In this document: positions 50,094-64,000 of the stretch, piece by piece
How the letters are laid out: the number at the start of each line of letters is the position of its first letter
Numbering within the stretch: position 1 is the first letter of the stretch
NCBI RefSeq assembly: GCF_006345805.1
Contig: NC_043016.1
Span: forward strand, 18,910,001 to 18,974,000
Source: Octopus sinensis
Taxonomy: Eukaryota
Direction: 5' to 3'
Length of the DNA stretch: 64,000 nt
Made by a program: the position numbers and the translations under genes
Notes under the pieces: generated by a model
Told to the model about the DNA's origin: nothing
Databases searched by the model: none
What the model saw: the letters and a program-made list of their open reading frames with translations, nothing else

Positions 50094-50325
50094 TATTTCT
50101 TTATTGCCCACAAGGGGCTAAACATAGAGGGGACAAACAAGGACAGACAAAGGGATTAAGTCGATTACATCAACCCCAGTGCGCAACTGCTACTTTATTT
50201 AACGACCCCGAAAGGATGAAAGGCAAAGTCGACCTCGGCGGAATTTGAACTCAGAACATAACGGCAGACGAAATACGGCTACGCATTTCGCCCGGCGTGC
50301 TAACGTTTCTGCCAGCTCGCCACCT
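50094..50325 (-). mobile_element. SINE family A (A2 tail), full length, with TSD
   Basis: Complete head, core and tail; gactata repeated at 50087-50093 and 50326-50332. Confidence 0.9.
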
Positions 50326-50779
50326 GACTATAGACAATGTAGATGAGAAACATACATACGCTCTTACACGTATAGTATGTATGCCTCTATTTAGAGGGCT
50401 AGACATACCAACTTATGCATATGTTTGCATACACGAGTCAAACCATACAGATAACAAATACAATGAGTTACATGTATGTGCACGCATAAATTTATTCACA
50501 ACCGAACATTATGCATCCTTGGAGCAAATAATTAAAGCATCAAGTTTCCTGGAACATACTGTCATGCTATTAGGGATACATGCTTGGACATTTTGCACAG
50601 CTTTACTGCAACACATCGTAAAGTTTTTCTGGTATTCAGCAGGTCATGCGTGGACATTTTGCCATAGCCCTTGTTAATACCAACAACTTTGAAGATAGGC
50701 AGAATAATCTCACATCATCGCCATCATCATCGTTGACGTCGTCATCACCAGCAATATCACCACCATCATCATCATGGGC

Positions 50780-51570
50780 TGTTTAGGTTACAATACATTT
50801 TGGCTTGTGCTTTCTTTCCCACATAGTTCCATGTTAACACTAGCTTCTACATTTCCTCTTCTGCTGATAATCCTCGGGCGTCAGATAATCCTCGGGTGTC
50901 TGCTTTACCTTTTGTTTTTGAATTTCAATCCAAAGCTTGCCGTGATAAAGGTCTCCCAAATTTCCCTTCACGTATTCGCTTACGTTTGGAATTTGTTGTT
51001 ACCCTGTGAATTCTTGCACGATATTAGCTTGGAAATATTTACTACTCAGTATTTTTAGATATTTCATATTTCGATGTGTCTGTTTGAGAATGATTAGAAC
51101 TTTCCAAGAATATTTACGTTTATTCGTTATAGCTCGGCAATCGAAAACTGGAAGAATTCCTTGTCGTTATTGAAAATTCTCAACTTAACACGACTAGCCA
51201 GAGGTTTGCTTATGAGAGAGGTTTTTAGGGTCTTACAGTGTCGCTTTCCTAATTCAAATTCGACAGCCTCTTCTACACCTCCACTTGCGGATACCATGCT
51301 GTCAAGGTTCGTGAAACACTACTTTATTCAAAGTGTGAACATTTTTTACCAGTACAGAGCCGGGATGATCGCTTTGAATTTGCCTTTCTGCCTTTCCAGT
51401 TTTCCAGTCCAGTTTTCATTGCTTTTTTTGTTAGCTTGTCAATATTGCTCTACATATCTTACACTTGAATGTCAGACAAATGTTCGCAATGTTTAAATCC
51501 TCTCGAGTCTTGGGCTTACCTATATCTGCTCTCTTCATCTGTCGCTTCACGAATAAAGAAGGATAGAAAA
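50780..51570 (-). mobile_element. Decayed RTE-clade LINE remnant
   Basis: EDLNIANICL (cf. EDLDFADDICL), LDSMVSASGGVEEAV, RVKLRIFN. Confidence 0.55.
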
Positions 51571-51900
51571 TATTAGATTTGTAAGCCCTAAAATTCACTA
51601 CATAATTGCCCACGGACATATGGCGTAGTGGTTAAGAGCGTGGATTCCAAGCAGTGACCTGAACACTAATGATAACAACAACAATAACAACAACAATAAC
51701 AACAACAACAACAATAACAACAACAATAACAACAACAACAACAATAATAATAATAATATCAACAACAGCAACAATAATAATAAAATCGAAAAATACCTTA
51801 GGAAAAACCCAGGTTCGAAATTTCCCCAAGACACCTGAAATATCAATCCAATGTAAATAATGTACGTAATTCCTTATCTCTTACATATAGAACAATAAAA
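51560..51900 (+). mobile_element. Solo 3' module of the 55-kb Penelope element (ORF end + tRNA-like head + (AAC/AAT)n + deleted hammerhead)
   Basis: gaaaatattagatttgtaagccctaaaattcactacataattgcccacggacatatggcgtagtggttaagagcg… matches 55655-55870; two internal deletions. Confidence 0.85.
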
Positions 51901-51932
51901 TATTGGCTGTCATGTAGCACAGTAAAGCTAAT

Positions 51933-52080
<148 letters not shown>

Positions 52081-53503
52081 GACTAGATAAGACAAAACAC
52101 ACAAATGAAAGAGAAAATAAAAAAAGAATATTATAGACGAGTTAGATCAATACTAAACACAGAGCTCAATGCTAAAAACAAGATAATAGGTATCAACACT
52201 TTAGCTGTCCCAGTTATAAGTTACAGCTACAATATCCTTAACTGGACACGAAATGAACTGACCAAAATAGATAGGAAAACAAGAAAAATAATGACAGGAT
52301 CTAGGATGCATCACCCAAAATTTGACATAGAAAGACTATATATACAACGTATAGAAGGTGGTAGAGGCCTTATACAGCTGGAAAACTACTATAAAATAAC
52401 CACCATAGGACTGCAAAAATATCTACTTTAGAATGAAGGAAAACTGATCCAGATAGCGGCAAAACACGAGCAAAACAAAAAACTGTTCTCAGTATTTAAG
52501 GAAGCTGACAAATACAAACAAGAAATCATACCACCTAATAAACATGAAGAAGAAGAAGAAGATGAAGAAACAACAAAAGCTATAAAACAAATGAAATCCA
52601 AACTAAAAATAGAACAGCAACGAACCATGATAAAACGATGGCAAGAAAAGCCCCTTCATGGTAAATACTGGACTAAACTAAACGCAAAAGAAATAGACTA
52701 AGAAAAATCCCAGCAATGGTTGAGAAGCTCAGGACTCAAAGCAGAAACAGAGGGACTTTTAATTGCAGCACAAGACCAAAGCCTCCCCACCAGAAATTAC
52801 CAAAAACATGTAATGAAAAGAAATATTACAAGTAACTGCAGAATATGTGGAGATGGACAAGAAACAATAAATCATATTATCTCAAGCTGCCCAGTCTTGG
52901 CTAAGAAGGAATATATTCACAGACATGACAGAGTGGAACCTACATACATTGGAAGCTATGCCAACATTATGGAATAACAACAGAAAAAAGATGGTATAGG
53001 CACACACCAGAAAAGGTCACAGAAAACGAGAAAGCAACCATACTCTGGGATATGCCGATACACACAGATAGAGAAATTAAGGCCAACAGACCAGATATAG
53101 TTGTCAGAGATCATGAAGAAAACAGATGCTTTCTAATTGATGTATCAATACCGGCTGATGACACCGTGTCTCTAAAAGAAATGGAGAAACTCTCAAAATA
53201 CAAAGACCTGGAAATAGAGGTAACTAGAATGTGGAATCTGAAAACAGAAACAATTCCTATCATAGTAGGTGCATTAGGCATGATAAAAAAATATTCAGAC
53301 AAATACATAACAAAAACACCAGGACTTACAAACACATATAACATACAGAAAATTGCACTACTAGGCACTGCACACATCCTACGCAGAACACTTTCCATAC
53401 AATAACCATCAGAGCATCACAACAAATCACAGCACATACCCAAGGCACACAGAGCTGTGCTCGGTAGTGAAGTGAAAGCACGCTATAAAAATAAAACTAC
53501 TGA
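52081..53503 (+). mobile_element. R4/Dong-clade non-LTR retrotransposon (RLE type), 5'-truncated, few lesions
   Basis: NKIIGINTLAVPVISYS, RLYIQRIEGGRGL, IAAQDQSL, CRICGDGQETINHIISSC, RHDRV, RPDIVV, LIDVSIP, KLSKYKDL; two premature stops and one frameshift. Confidence 0.9.
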
Positions 53504-53575
53504 ATAATGATAATAATAATAATAATAATAATAGTAATAATAATGATAATGATAATGATAACGATAATAATAAAG
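53504..53575. repeat. (AAT/GAT)n microsatellite at 3' junction of R4-like element
   Basis: Direct reading. Confidence 0.9.
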
Positions 53576-53879
53576 AAATAAAGTCAAAAACTGCTTCAGT
53601 AGAAGAAAAGAAAATACTAGCTAGGTGATTTATTTACACGGATATGGATGTAAATAAAGACAAGGAAAGACAATTTTTTAGAAACACACAGAGAAAGGAA
53701 AGGTGACATAAAAAAGCAAACTCGAGATCTCTGTGTAATATTTCAACAAGTTTAACAGGGACACGCCCAAACTGATAAACACCACTAGAAGTGTCATTAG
53801 GCCAGCGAACTATGAGGAAATCAGAGCAAAGTGAAGGATAGTACTGTCCATATACGAACAAGTTTTCAACTAGCTACCT

Positions 53880-54420
53880 CCGAACTTTGGAGAGCCAAAA
53901 AAAATGACGAAATCATAAAAAATGCTGATAAACAGTAAAGCAGCAGATAATATCCCATTCAACTTCTTGAAATCACATATCAATACCAACACCAATTCAG
54001 TATCCCTCGCTGCTAAACGCGGTATGAAAAGAAGATAAATAGCCTACAAGGTGGCGAGCTGGCAGAATCGTTAGCACGTCGGGTGAAATGCTTAGCGTTA
54101 TTTCGTCTGCAGCTACGTTCTGAGTTCAAATTCCGCCGAGGTCGACTTTGCCTTTCATCCTTTCGGGGTCGATAAATAAAGTACCAGTTTCACACTGGGG
54201 TCGTTGTAATCGACTTAATCCCTTTGTCTGTCCTTATTTGTCCCCTCTATGTTTAGCCCCTTGTGGGCAATAAAGAAATAGATAAATAGCCTACGGAATG
54301 CAAGAAAGGCTTAGCGAGGACAAAAACCGATGAAGAATTATCTTTCTCTCAATATCAAATAAAGTGTTCACAAGGATCATTCATGAGGGACTGGAAAATG
54401 CTGTTGGCATTATGTAAAAA
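53880..54420 (+). mobile_element. Old RTE-like RT fragment interrupted by a SINE
   Basis: KMLINSKAA.DNIP before the SINE and IIFLSISNKVFTRII after it resemble RTE KAAG.D.IP and GITLLS.PSKVF.RII. Confidence 0.4.
54048..54279 (+). mobile_element. SINE family A (A2 tail), full length, 15-bp TSD
   Basis: Perfect TSD agataaatagcctac at 54033-54047 and 54280-54294; complete head, core and tail. Confidence 0.95.
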
Positions 54421-54619
54421 AGAGAGGGCATGTAAGATTTAGGAAGGACTTTTCTTTTATTGATGAGATACTTATATTCGAGACAATTGTTAAACTCCAC
54501 CCGCCATCGACTTCATTCATTAAGAAATGAAAAACTTCTGATTTCGTAGAGAGTATTTGGATCTATCGCACTACCAACGGAACTCTCGCCACACTCATTA
54601 AATATTATGCAGCAGCTGA

Positions 54620-55080
54620 GCAATGAAACTCGATGTCAAGTGATTCACATGAGTATCTCGTCGTGACCTTTCAAAATAAAACTTATATTCTTTGCACGAT
54701 GTTTTAGGCACTGAGCAATCCCACTCTTTATACTGTATGGATGGTGAGAATTGAAGTTGAGATATCGTCCAGTAAAAGTCGGCTTGCGATATATGGATGT
54801 CCTGAATCCATACTTGGTGCATTTTATTAATACGTCCAGGAATGCCAGCTGATTGTTTTTTTCCTTTCCCATTGTGAACTGTATGGATTGCTTTATTGAG
54901 TTCACATGATATAACAGCACTTGGACATCTTCCTGGTGGGGCCGGAGTAAAAAGGTGTCCTCAACATATCACAACCATAGGTTTAGTTTTAATGGTGTTG
55001 ATCCTAAAGCCAAATTCTGAAAGTATTCCATGTATATACATGGAATACTTACAGGTTATAATAGCGAACCCATAGCTAAA
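54620..55080 (-). pseudogene. Penelope-like RT fragment (inverted 5' segment)
   Basis: LAMGSLL.P, LWL.YVEDTF, FLDVLI, IYRKPTFTGRYLNFNSHHP, HRAKNIS. Confidence 0.85.
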
Positions 55081-55084
55081 ACCT

Positions 55085-55691
55085 CCTCTTTTCGATAACG
55101 CTCTTTTAAGCAACAACTACCCCAAAAGTATACTATCCTCTCCAATTATGAAGAAGAGAGAGAATGAGGCCAATAAAGTGTCCACAGTCTGTCTACCCTA
55201 TGTGAAAGGCCTCTCCGAAAAGATACAAAAGATATGCGGCCCATATGACATCAGGACAGTATTCAAGAGTAATACAATACTTCGCAAACATCTCCTTCGA
55301 GCAAAACCACCAAATAGAAGAGAATATGACCAAAGATCGTGTGTACTCCATTCAATGCAGCTGTGGTAGGTTATACAAAGGCAAAACATGCCGCCTCCTC
55401 AAAATAAGGGTAGAGTAACATCGCAAAGCTATGACACGACGAGATATTGATAAATCGTGTATAACTGATCATGTATGGGAAAATGGAGATTACCTCTCCC
55501 TGTGGTATGAAGTTAAAATAACAGACAGAGAACACCACTGGAAAATACGAAAACTAAAAGAAGCAGTACATATGCTAGGACACAACAACCTCCTAAGCAT
55601 ACCGAGTGCAGATATGAGTAGCGTATGGGAGCCGGTATTAAGGAAGGATCGAAAAATATTAGATTTATCAGCCCTAAAATTCACTCCATAA
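55085..55691 (+). pseudogene. Penelope-like linker + GIY-YIG endonuclease
   Basis: LLSNNYP, VCLPYVKGLSEKI, VYSIQCSCGRLYKGKT, HHWKIRKLKEAVHM, stop at 55689-55691. Confidence 0.88.
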
Positions 55692-55699
55692 GTGCCCAT

Positions 55700-55772
55700 G
55701 GGCATATGGCGTAGTGGTTAAGAGCGCAGGCTACTAACCTCAAGACTCCGAGTTCGATTCCAAGCAGTGACC
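55700..55772 (+). promoter_or_regulatory. tRNA-like Pol III internal promoter within PLE 3' region (not a tRNA gene)
   Basis: A-box TGGCGTAGTGG 55707-55717, B-box GAGTTCGATTCC 55750-55761, CT-ACT-AA loop between; acceptor stem does not pair well. Confidence 0.7.
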
Positions 55773-55869
55773 TGAACACTAACAATAATAATAACCACTA
55801 TAACAATAATAACAACAACAATATCGAAAAATACCTTAGGGATGAGAACCAGGTTCGAAATTTCCCCAA

Positions 55870-55916
55870 GACACCTGAAGAAGTCTGTAGAGTTATATCA
55901 GCCGAAACATTGTGTT
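55870..55916 (+). ncRNA. Degenerate PLE hammerhead motif
   Basis: gacac-CUGAAGA-a gtctg…cagcc-GAAA-ca-UU-gtgtt; two substitutions from a canonical fold (stem II mismatch; ACAT instead of palindromic ACGT). Confidence 0.6.
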
Positions 55917-56332
55917 AACAACAAGCAAGATGAGGACAAATATCCGTTGAATATTTTATTATTGGAAATTTCTACCATTTCACGAGTACTTCAGTGCAAG
56001 ATATTTTTGTGAAAGTCACTTAACGGTGTTATTGTTTGGTGTATTATTAAGCCATACTCTTGTACCTGGAATCTCTCTTTTATTAGTGTAAAGGAGCAAA
56101 CCTAATTTTCTTTCGCTTCATAATTCAGAAAATAAAATACGTGGTACACAGACGGAAGTAGGGACGCAATTAATTCAAGTTTTGTTTTAATTGATAAAAT
56201 ATGAAGCCATACCAGCATTGTGATATTCAGATAGTTTGTATGCATTGTATGCATTGATGTGTATATAAGTTAAATCAAAATCCACCCATACAATGACATC
56301 ATTATGTGCACACATAGGTACATGCATGTGTA

Positions 56333-56375
<43 letters not shown>

Positions 56376-56629
56376 TACATAGGTGCAAACATATATGTCT
56401 ACCAAGATAAAGACATCCGAGTTCTAGGGTGAGAGAAAATATAATCCAAAGCATGTAATCTCAGAAAAATTCTACACACAGACACACAAACACACACACA
56501 CATATGTATACGTATGAGTGCGTGTATATATAAATGCATACATACATACACACGTACATACATACACACATACATACATACATGAAAATACATACATACA
56601 TACTTAAAATGTGTCATATGAAGGCACTG

Positions 56630-57920
56630 GGAATAAAGACAGAGTGACTCGAGAACATTACACCAGATTTATGAAAATATAGCAATCGGTACTCTTTTCT
56701 TACAACAAAACAACATCACATAATGGATTTGCAGTACCAGTGCTGATCCCAACATCTGGGGTACTTGATTGGTCTGAAGAGGAAATCTACTCCATAGATA
56801 TCAAAACCCGAACAATCCTGACTTCAACTGGGAACTTCCACTGAAACAGGCTCTACCTAAGAAGAAATGAAGGTGGTAGAGGTCTGAGATCAGTGCAGAT
56901 GGCCTTCGAATGCCGTATGGCATCACTCAGGCAGCATATGCTGAACAACAGGCCGCAAAAATAAATATATAAATACAGTGCTGAAAAGTGAAGTGAGCAA
57001 CATTGTACGAGTTGCCAGTGAGCTCTTCAAAAAGCACTCTTTTCCTGATGATCTATACAGCCTCAGAACAGCTGGGCTTTCTTACCTCAGAGAAGACCTG
57101 GATGGAAAGCACTCAGTATGCAAAAAAAACAACAAAAAAAAAAAGACTATGGATATGGATATATTGCCCGGAAGCCCGAAGAAGACCAGAATTGACACGA
57201 AGTTCAGCTTCTCTTGGACACATCATACTTTGAAAGCTATACGTTTACAATCCAGGAACAGGAGATTGCCGCAAAGTGCTTGGCGAACAAGAGAGACAGT
57301 GACGCTCTCGTAATCCCAAGGTGCAACAATATAAAGACTATGTCATGTCTTTATGGAAGACATCATGCATGTGATTAACATATGTCCTAAGATGTCGTCA
57401 CGTTACTACTTCCCTATGCGGTACGATGTTGTTGCTAAAACAATTTACAATGCCATCCGCAAAAAAGACTGTCCTGAAATAAACTTAGAAAATTCCTCTG
57501 TTATGGAATACACTCATAAACACCAACTCAAGGAATATTAGTGAAATACTCCCATCAAAACGTTTGTCAAATGTAAACATACTAGGCCGGATATTGTTTT
57601 GGGGACAGAGGGCCCAAGGTATGTACCGTCATAGAAGCCAGCTGTCCTGCAGATATAAATATCTCTTTGAAAATCACAGAAAAAAAGGATATCTATGGAC
57701 AACTGCTTTAAAACATCCAGCTTCTATATCTAGACTACGAAATCATATTCATACCAATAATTATTGGAGCATTAGGTTTTGTTAGTAAATAATGAAAGGA
57801 GAAACTGGATAAATCAGGATTTTCAGAAACAGGAATCAACCGGCTACTTCGTACACGTGCAAGCTGTGGGTGGAACAGTAAAAATATACAAGACTTTTCT
57901 CAAGTTCGAAATGTGAACAT
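56630..57920 (+). mobile_element. Older R4-clade LINE remnant (different subfamily)
   Basis: GFAVPVLIPT, IDIKTRTIL, RLYLRRNEGGRGL, EDIMHVINICPKMSSRYY..RYDVVAK, RPDIV; many indels. Confidence 0.7.
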
Positions 57921-58227
57921 GTCTGTGTTAACTACATCCCAAAGATGGAACGTTATATCTTTGTTGGAAACAGGGTCCCTTTTCAGCGGAAGATTTATAA
58001 TAATTAAAAAATACAAGACATGCATACAAGCAGCCCGCCACTTACGGTCACAAATATTATAAGGGAAATAATTATTTCGTTATATTTATGAAGCAAAATT
58101 AGAAATCTCAAACCGAAATTAAGAAATTATATGGAAAAGGGGCAATAGAATTCGCATGTGTACTCGGTATTTTTATATTTTACTTTTTATGTTTATATTT
58201 TATTTTTGCTGTTACAAAGTTCTTAAT

Positions 58228-58295
<68 letters not shown>

Positions 58296-58429
58296 ATCAA
58301 CACACTAGGTATCAAAATTTAATCTATTTCCCACACCTCCTGTTTTAGATATGGTACATTAAGTCTTACCAAAATTATATAGGGTAGGTAATTGTGAATT
58401 TCGCAAACTACAGTTAGAACTTTTTTCCC

Positions 58430-61460
<3,031 letters not shown>

Positions 61461-62028
61461 ACGTCGGGGCTTGTCTGTGTGACTGTTTGTAAACATGAAT
61501 GTTTATTTTTACATATGCATGAAATTTTATTATTTAGATCTGAGTGTAAATATATTTAACGCATACACACGCACCTGCACCCCACCTTATCGTGCTATAC
61601 GCAAATTGACACAAAAAGTATGTTAAAAATCTACGTAATCTTATATACATTTGTATGATATACAGACACGCATTCTATTAAGATCTATATAAGCATGTCT
61701 CGTGGTTAAAACTTTCGGTTCGCGTACTGGTGGATCAATTTCGATCTCGATGCCCATCACTCATGAATGTCTTTTACTAAGGTTTCGAGTTGGCCATCAT
61801 CAGCTGCTTGCAAACCGATTGACAGGAACTGTCCAAAAATCCGATGCTTTTTTTTTTATGAATCTGTGCCTACCTTTGTATAAATACTTGATAGACTATG
61901 CTAAAAAAAAACCTGACTTAATCCCTCACTAAAATGCAGAGCAACGGGAGGTGAGTAAGCTTAATCTTCGAAAGTAGTGTCGGAATAACTGAAAGCTGTA
62001 AAAAACAATAGACACGTGTGTTCGTGCA

Positions 62029-62062
<34 letters not shown>

Positions 62063-64000
62063 TGTGCGTGTGTATGCGTGTGCATGCATGCATGTGTACG
62101 TGTGGGTGGGGCGGAGCATTTCTTTATGTTTACTATTTTGGTTGTTGATTTAGACGGTGTCTACCTCCAGCTGAATTCTCACTGAGCAAGCAAAATGAAA
62201 ATTATCCCAGCCTTGACCACTCGTTGCTTACATATTATACAACGTGCTCCTTCCTTACGAAGAATCTAGGGTAGTCGTCTCAACTGCTTCCATATAACCC
62301 TTGGAGGTCCATATAAGATTTTGTTGTTAAAATTTATCTGCAATGTGTTGGTTATACTTCTACAATACACAAACTATTTTAATAATTACCTTTCTACAAT
62401 TCCTAATAATATTTATTTATAAAAATATGATAGGATTTTCTTTTACACATGGAGCGTACATTTAAGTAAAATAGGAATCAGAGGGGCCCGTAGGTAATAA
62501 ATGGTCGAGAAACGCTGATCTAGGATGTGATATATAGGAAATTTGGCAGTTAGTTCCTGCAGATCTAAAGACAACAGAGACCCCGTTATGCTCTGTGTAC
62601 ATACATCTATATTATAAAATAGAAAGCTGCTTATTAATTAGGTTTATATAACAGTTACTAAATGTATTAAAAGAAAGGAATTATTAAAGGGTTAGCTGTC
62701 TGGATTTTTTTTTTTTTTTTTGATAAATTCATATTCTAAGAAATTTCCTATAATTTCGATTTCTCAAGTTAATAGAATTTTTTAACTCCAGTTTCTCGCA
62801 AATTTAAATATTCATTGCATTCACTGCGTCTAATTCTTCACAAATTTAGATATTCATTTCATTCATTGCGGATTGTTCCATTTTCATTTGCAAAGTCTCT
62901 CACGTTCTCTTTCAATGTTTTCATTTCAAGTTTTGATTCGCTATTCGGAAAACCGACAGTTTATTCTATTAATGTATACGTAATGTAAAAACATTATTTA
63001 TTGAATGAAATTTTTTTTAATACCCTTATAAATTTTGTAAAAAAATTTTTTAATGTTTTGTTATGGCTGTTTGGAATGCTACAAGCCTTACAATAATAAC
63101 TATCCGGACCGATTTTAACCATTTTCTTTTTTAACTTAAAAACCGTGGGAAGAGCCTTTTCGATAAAAAAAAATTGTAAATATTTTCAGAGGAAAAGGTG
63201 AGCAATTCCATGGAGGTTCCGCTGGTGTTTCTAACATAATCCAAACCACCCTCTCTTTTCACTCTCACATGTATTGATGTTTTTTTCAATACTTTTCTCC
63301 AGTTAAACATCTTATGGAATGATGATGCAGAAGTAACATGTGTGTGGTCCATTATATTATATTATATTATATATAAGCAGCAGAATGAATAGTAATCTAA
63401 ATTTCTATCCCAACTCAATCAAGCGAAGCCGTGTGTGTGTGTGTGTATGTGTGTATGTGTAAGAAAGACATTTTCTAACAGAAAAGTATGTTATTAAAAT
63501 GAATTATTGCTAACTTAACGTTTTTAAATAATTGCTGCGGACAAATGCCAGCAATGACCTTCTCAAGTTCTCAAATATTTTAATTTCTAAACAGAAACAA
63601 TCGCAGCCAGGGAGTGGAGTTGCAAAAAATTCATAATTTCTCAAATTTACCTTCTTATAGTATATAAATATATTTATGGAGAAAAAAATGCTGAAAAGCA
63701 TCAATACATACGGAAGTGATAAAGAAACGAGGAGGATTGTCTTTGGATGTAAAGAAACAGCTGCCAAATCGCCCTTAAATCACTCACTTTTCCTTCTGAA
63801 AACATTAACAAGTTTTTTTCTTTTACCTAAAATTCTCTTTCCATGGTTGTCACATATATTTATAGATAAATTCCTTTATTTATATAATATCGAGGTCTCA
63901 TTCATTCTTTTGTTGTCATATTATTATTACGAGCAAAACGCCCCCCCTCCCGTCAAATGGACGGTGTTGAGTAATCAAACATTAAAACAAAATTTTCCCA

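Overview
This is a eukaryotic, AT-rich, microsatellite-saturated window with no confidently identifiable host gene. The repeat families resemble those I associate with octopus/coleoid cephalopod genomes (inference). It is a layered transposon landscape. Non-LTR retrotransposons: a near full-length Tx1-clade (L1 superfamily) LINE (12.6-18.5 kb) followed by a 5'-truncated second copy, both embedded in (TATC)n; a third older Tx1 remnant; two R4/Dong-like RLE elements, the younger flanked by (AAT)n; and CR1-group and RTE remnants. Also present are two Penelope-like elements (PLEs), four Tc1/mariner-superfamily lineages (Tc1, two or three DD34D mariners, a DD37D maT), a TIR MITE carrying TTAGGG repeats, and at least four tRNA-derived SINE families. 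Most notable: (i) five structurally intact or near-intact minimal type-I hammerhead ribozyme motifs plus degenerate ones, mostly in short foldback or tail-to-tail elements ending at (TA)n; (ii) a SINE subfamily whose last ~50 nt match the 3' end of the Tx1 LINE; (iii) apparent (TATC)n targeting by the Tx1 LINE; (iv) a PLE whose 3' region contains a tRNA-like Pol III promoter, a microsatellite and a hammerhead, and whose 5' part is inverted in twin-priming geometry. All alignments and folds were done by eye; boundaries of decayed elements are approximate.
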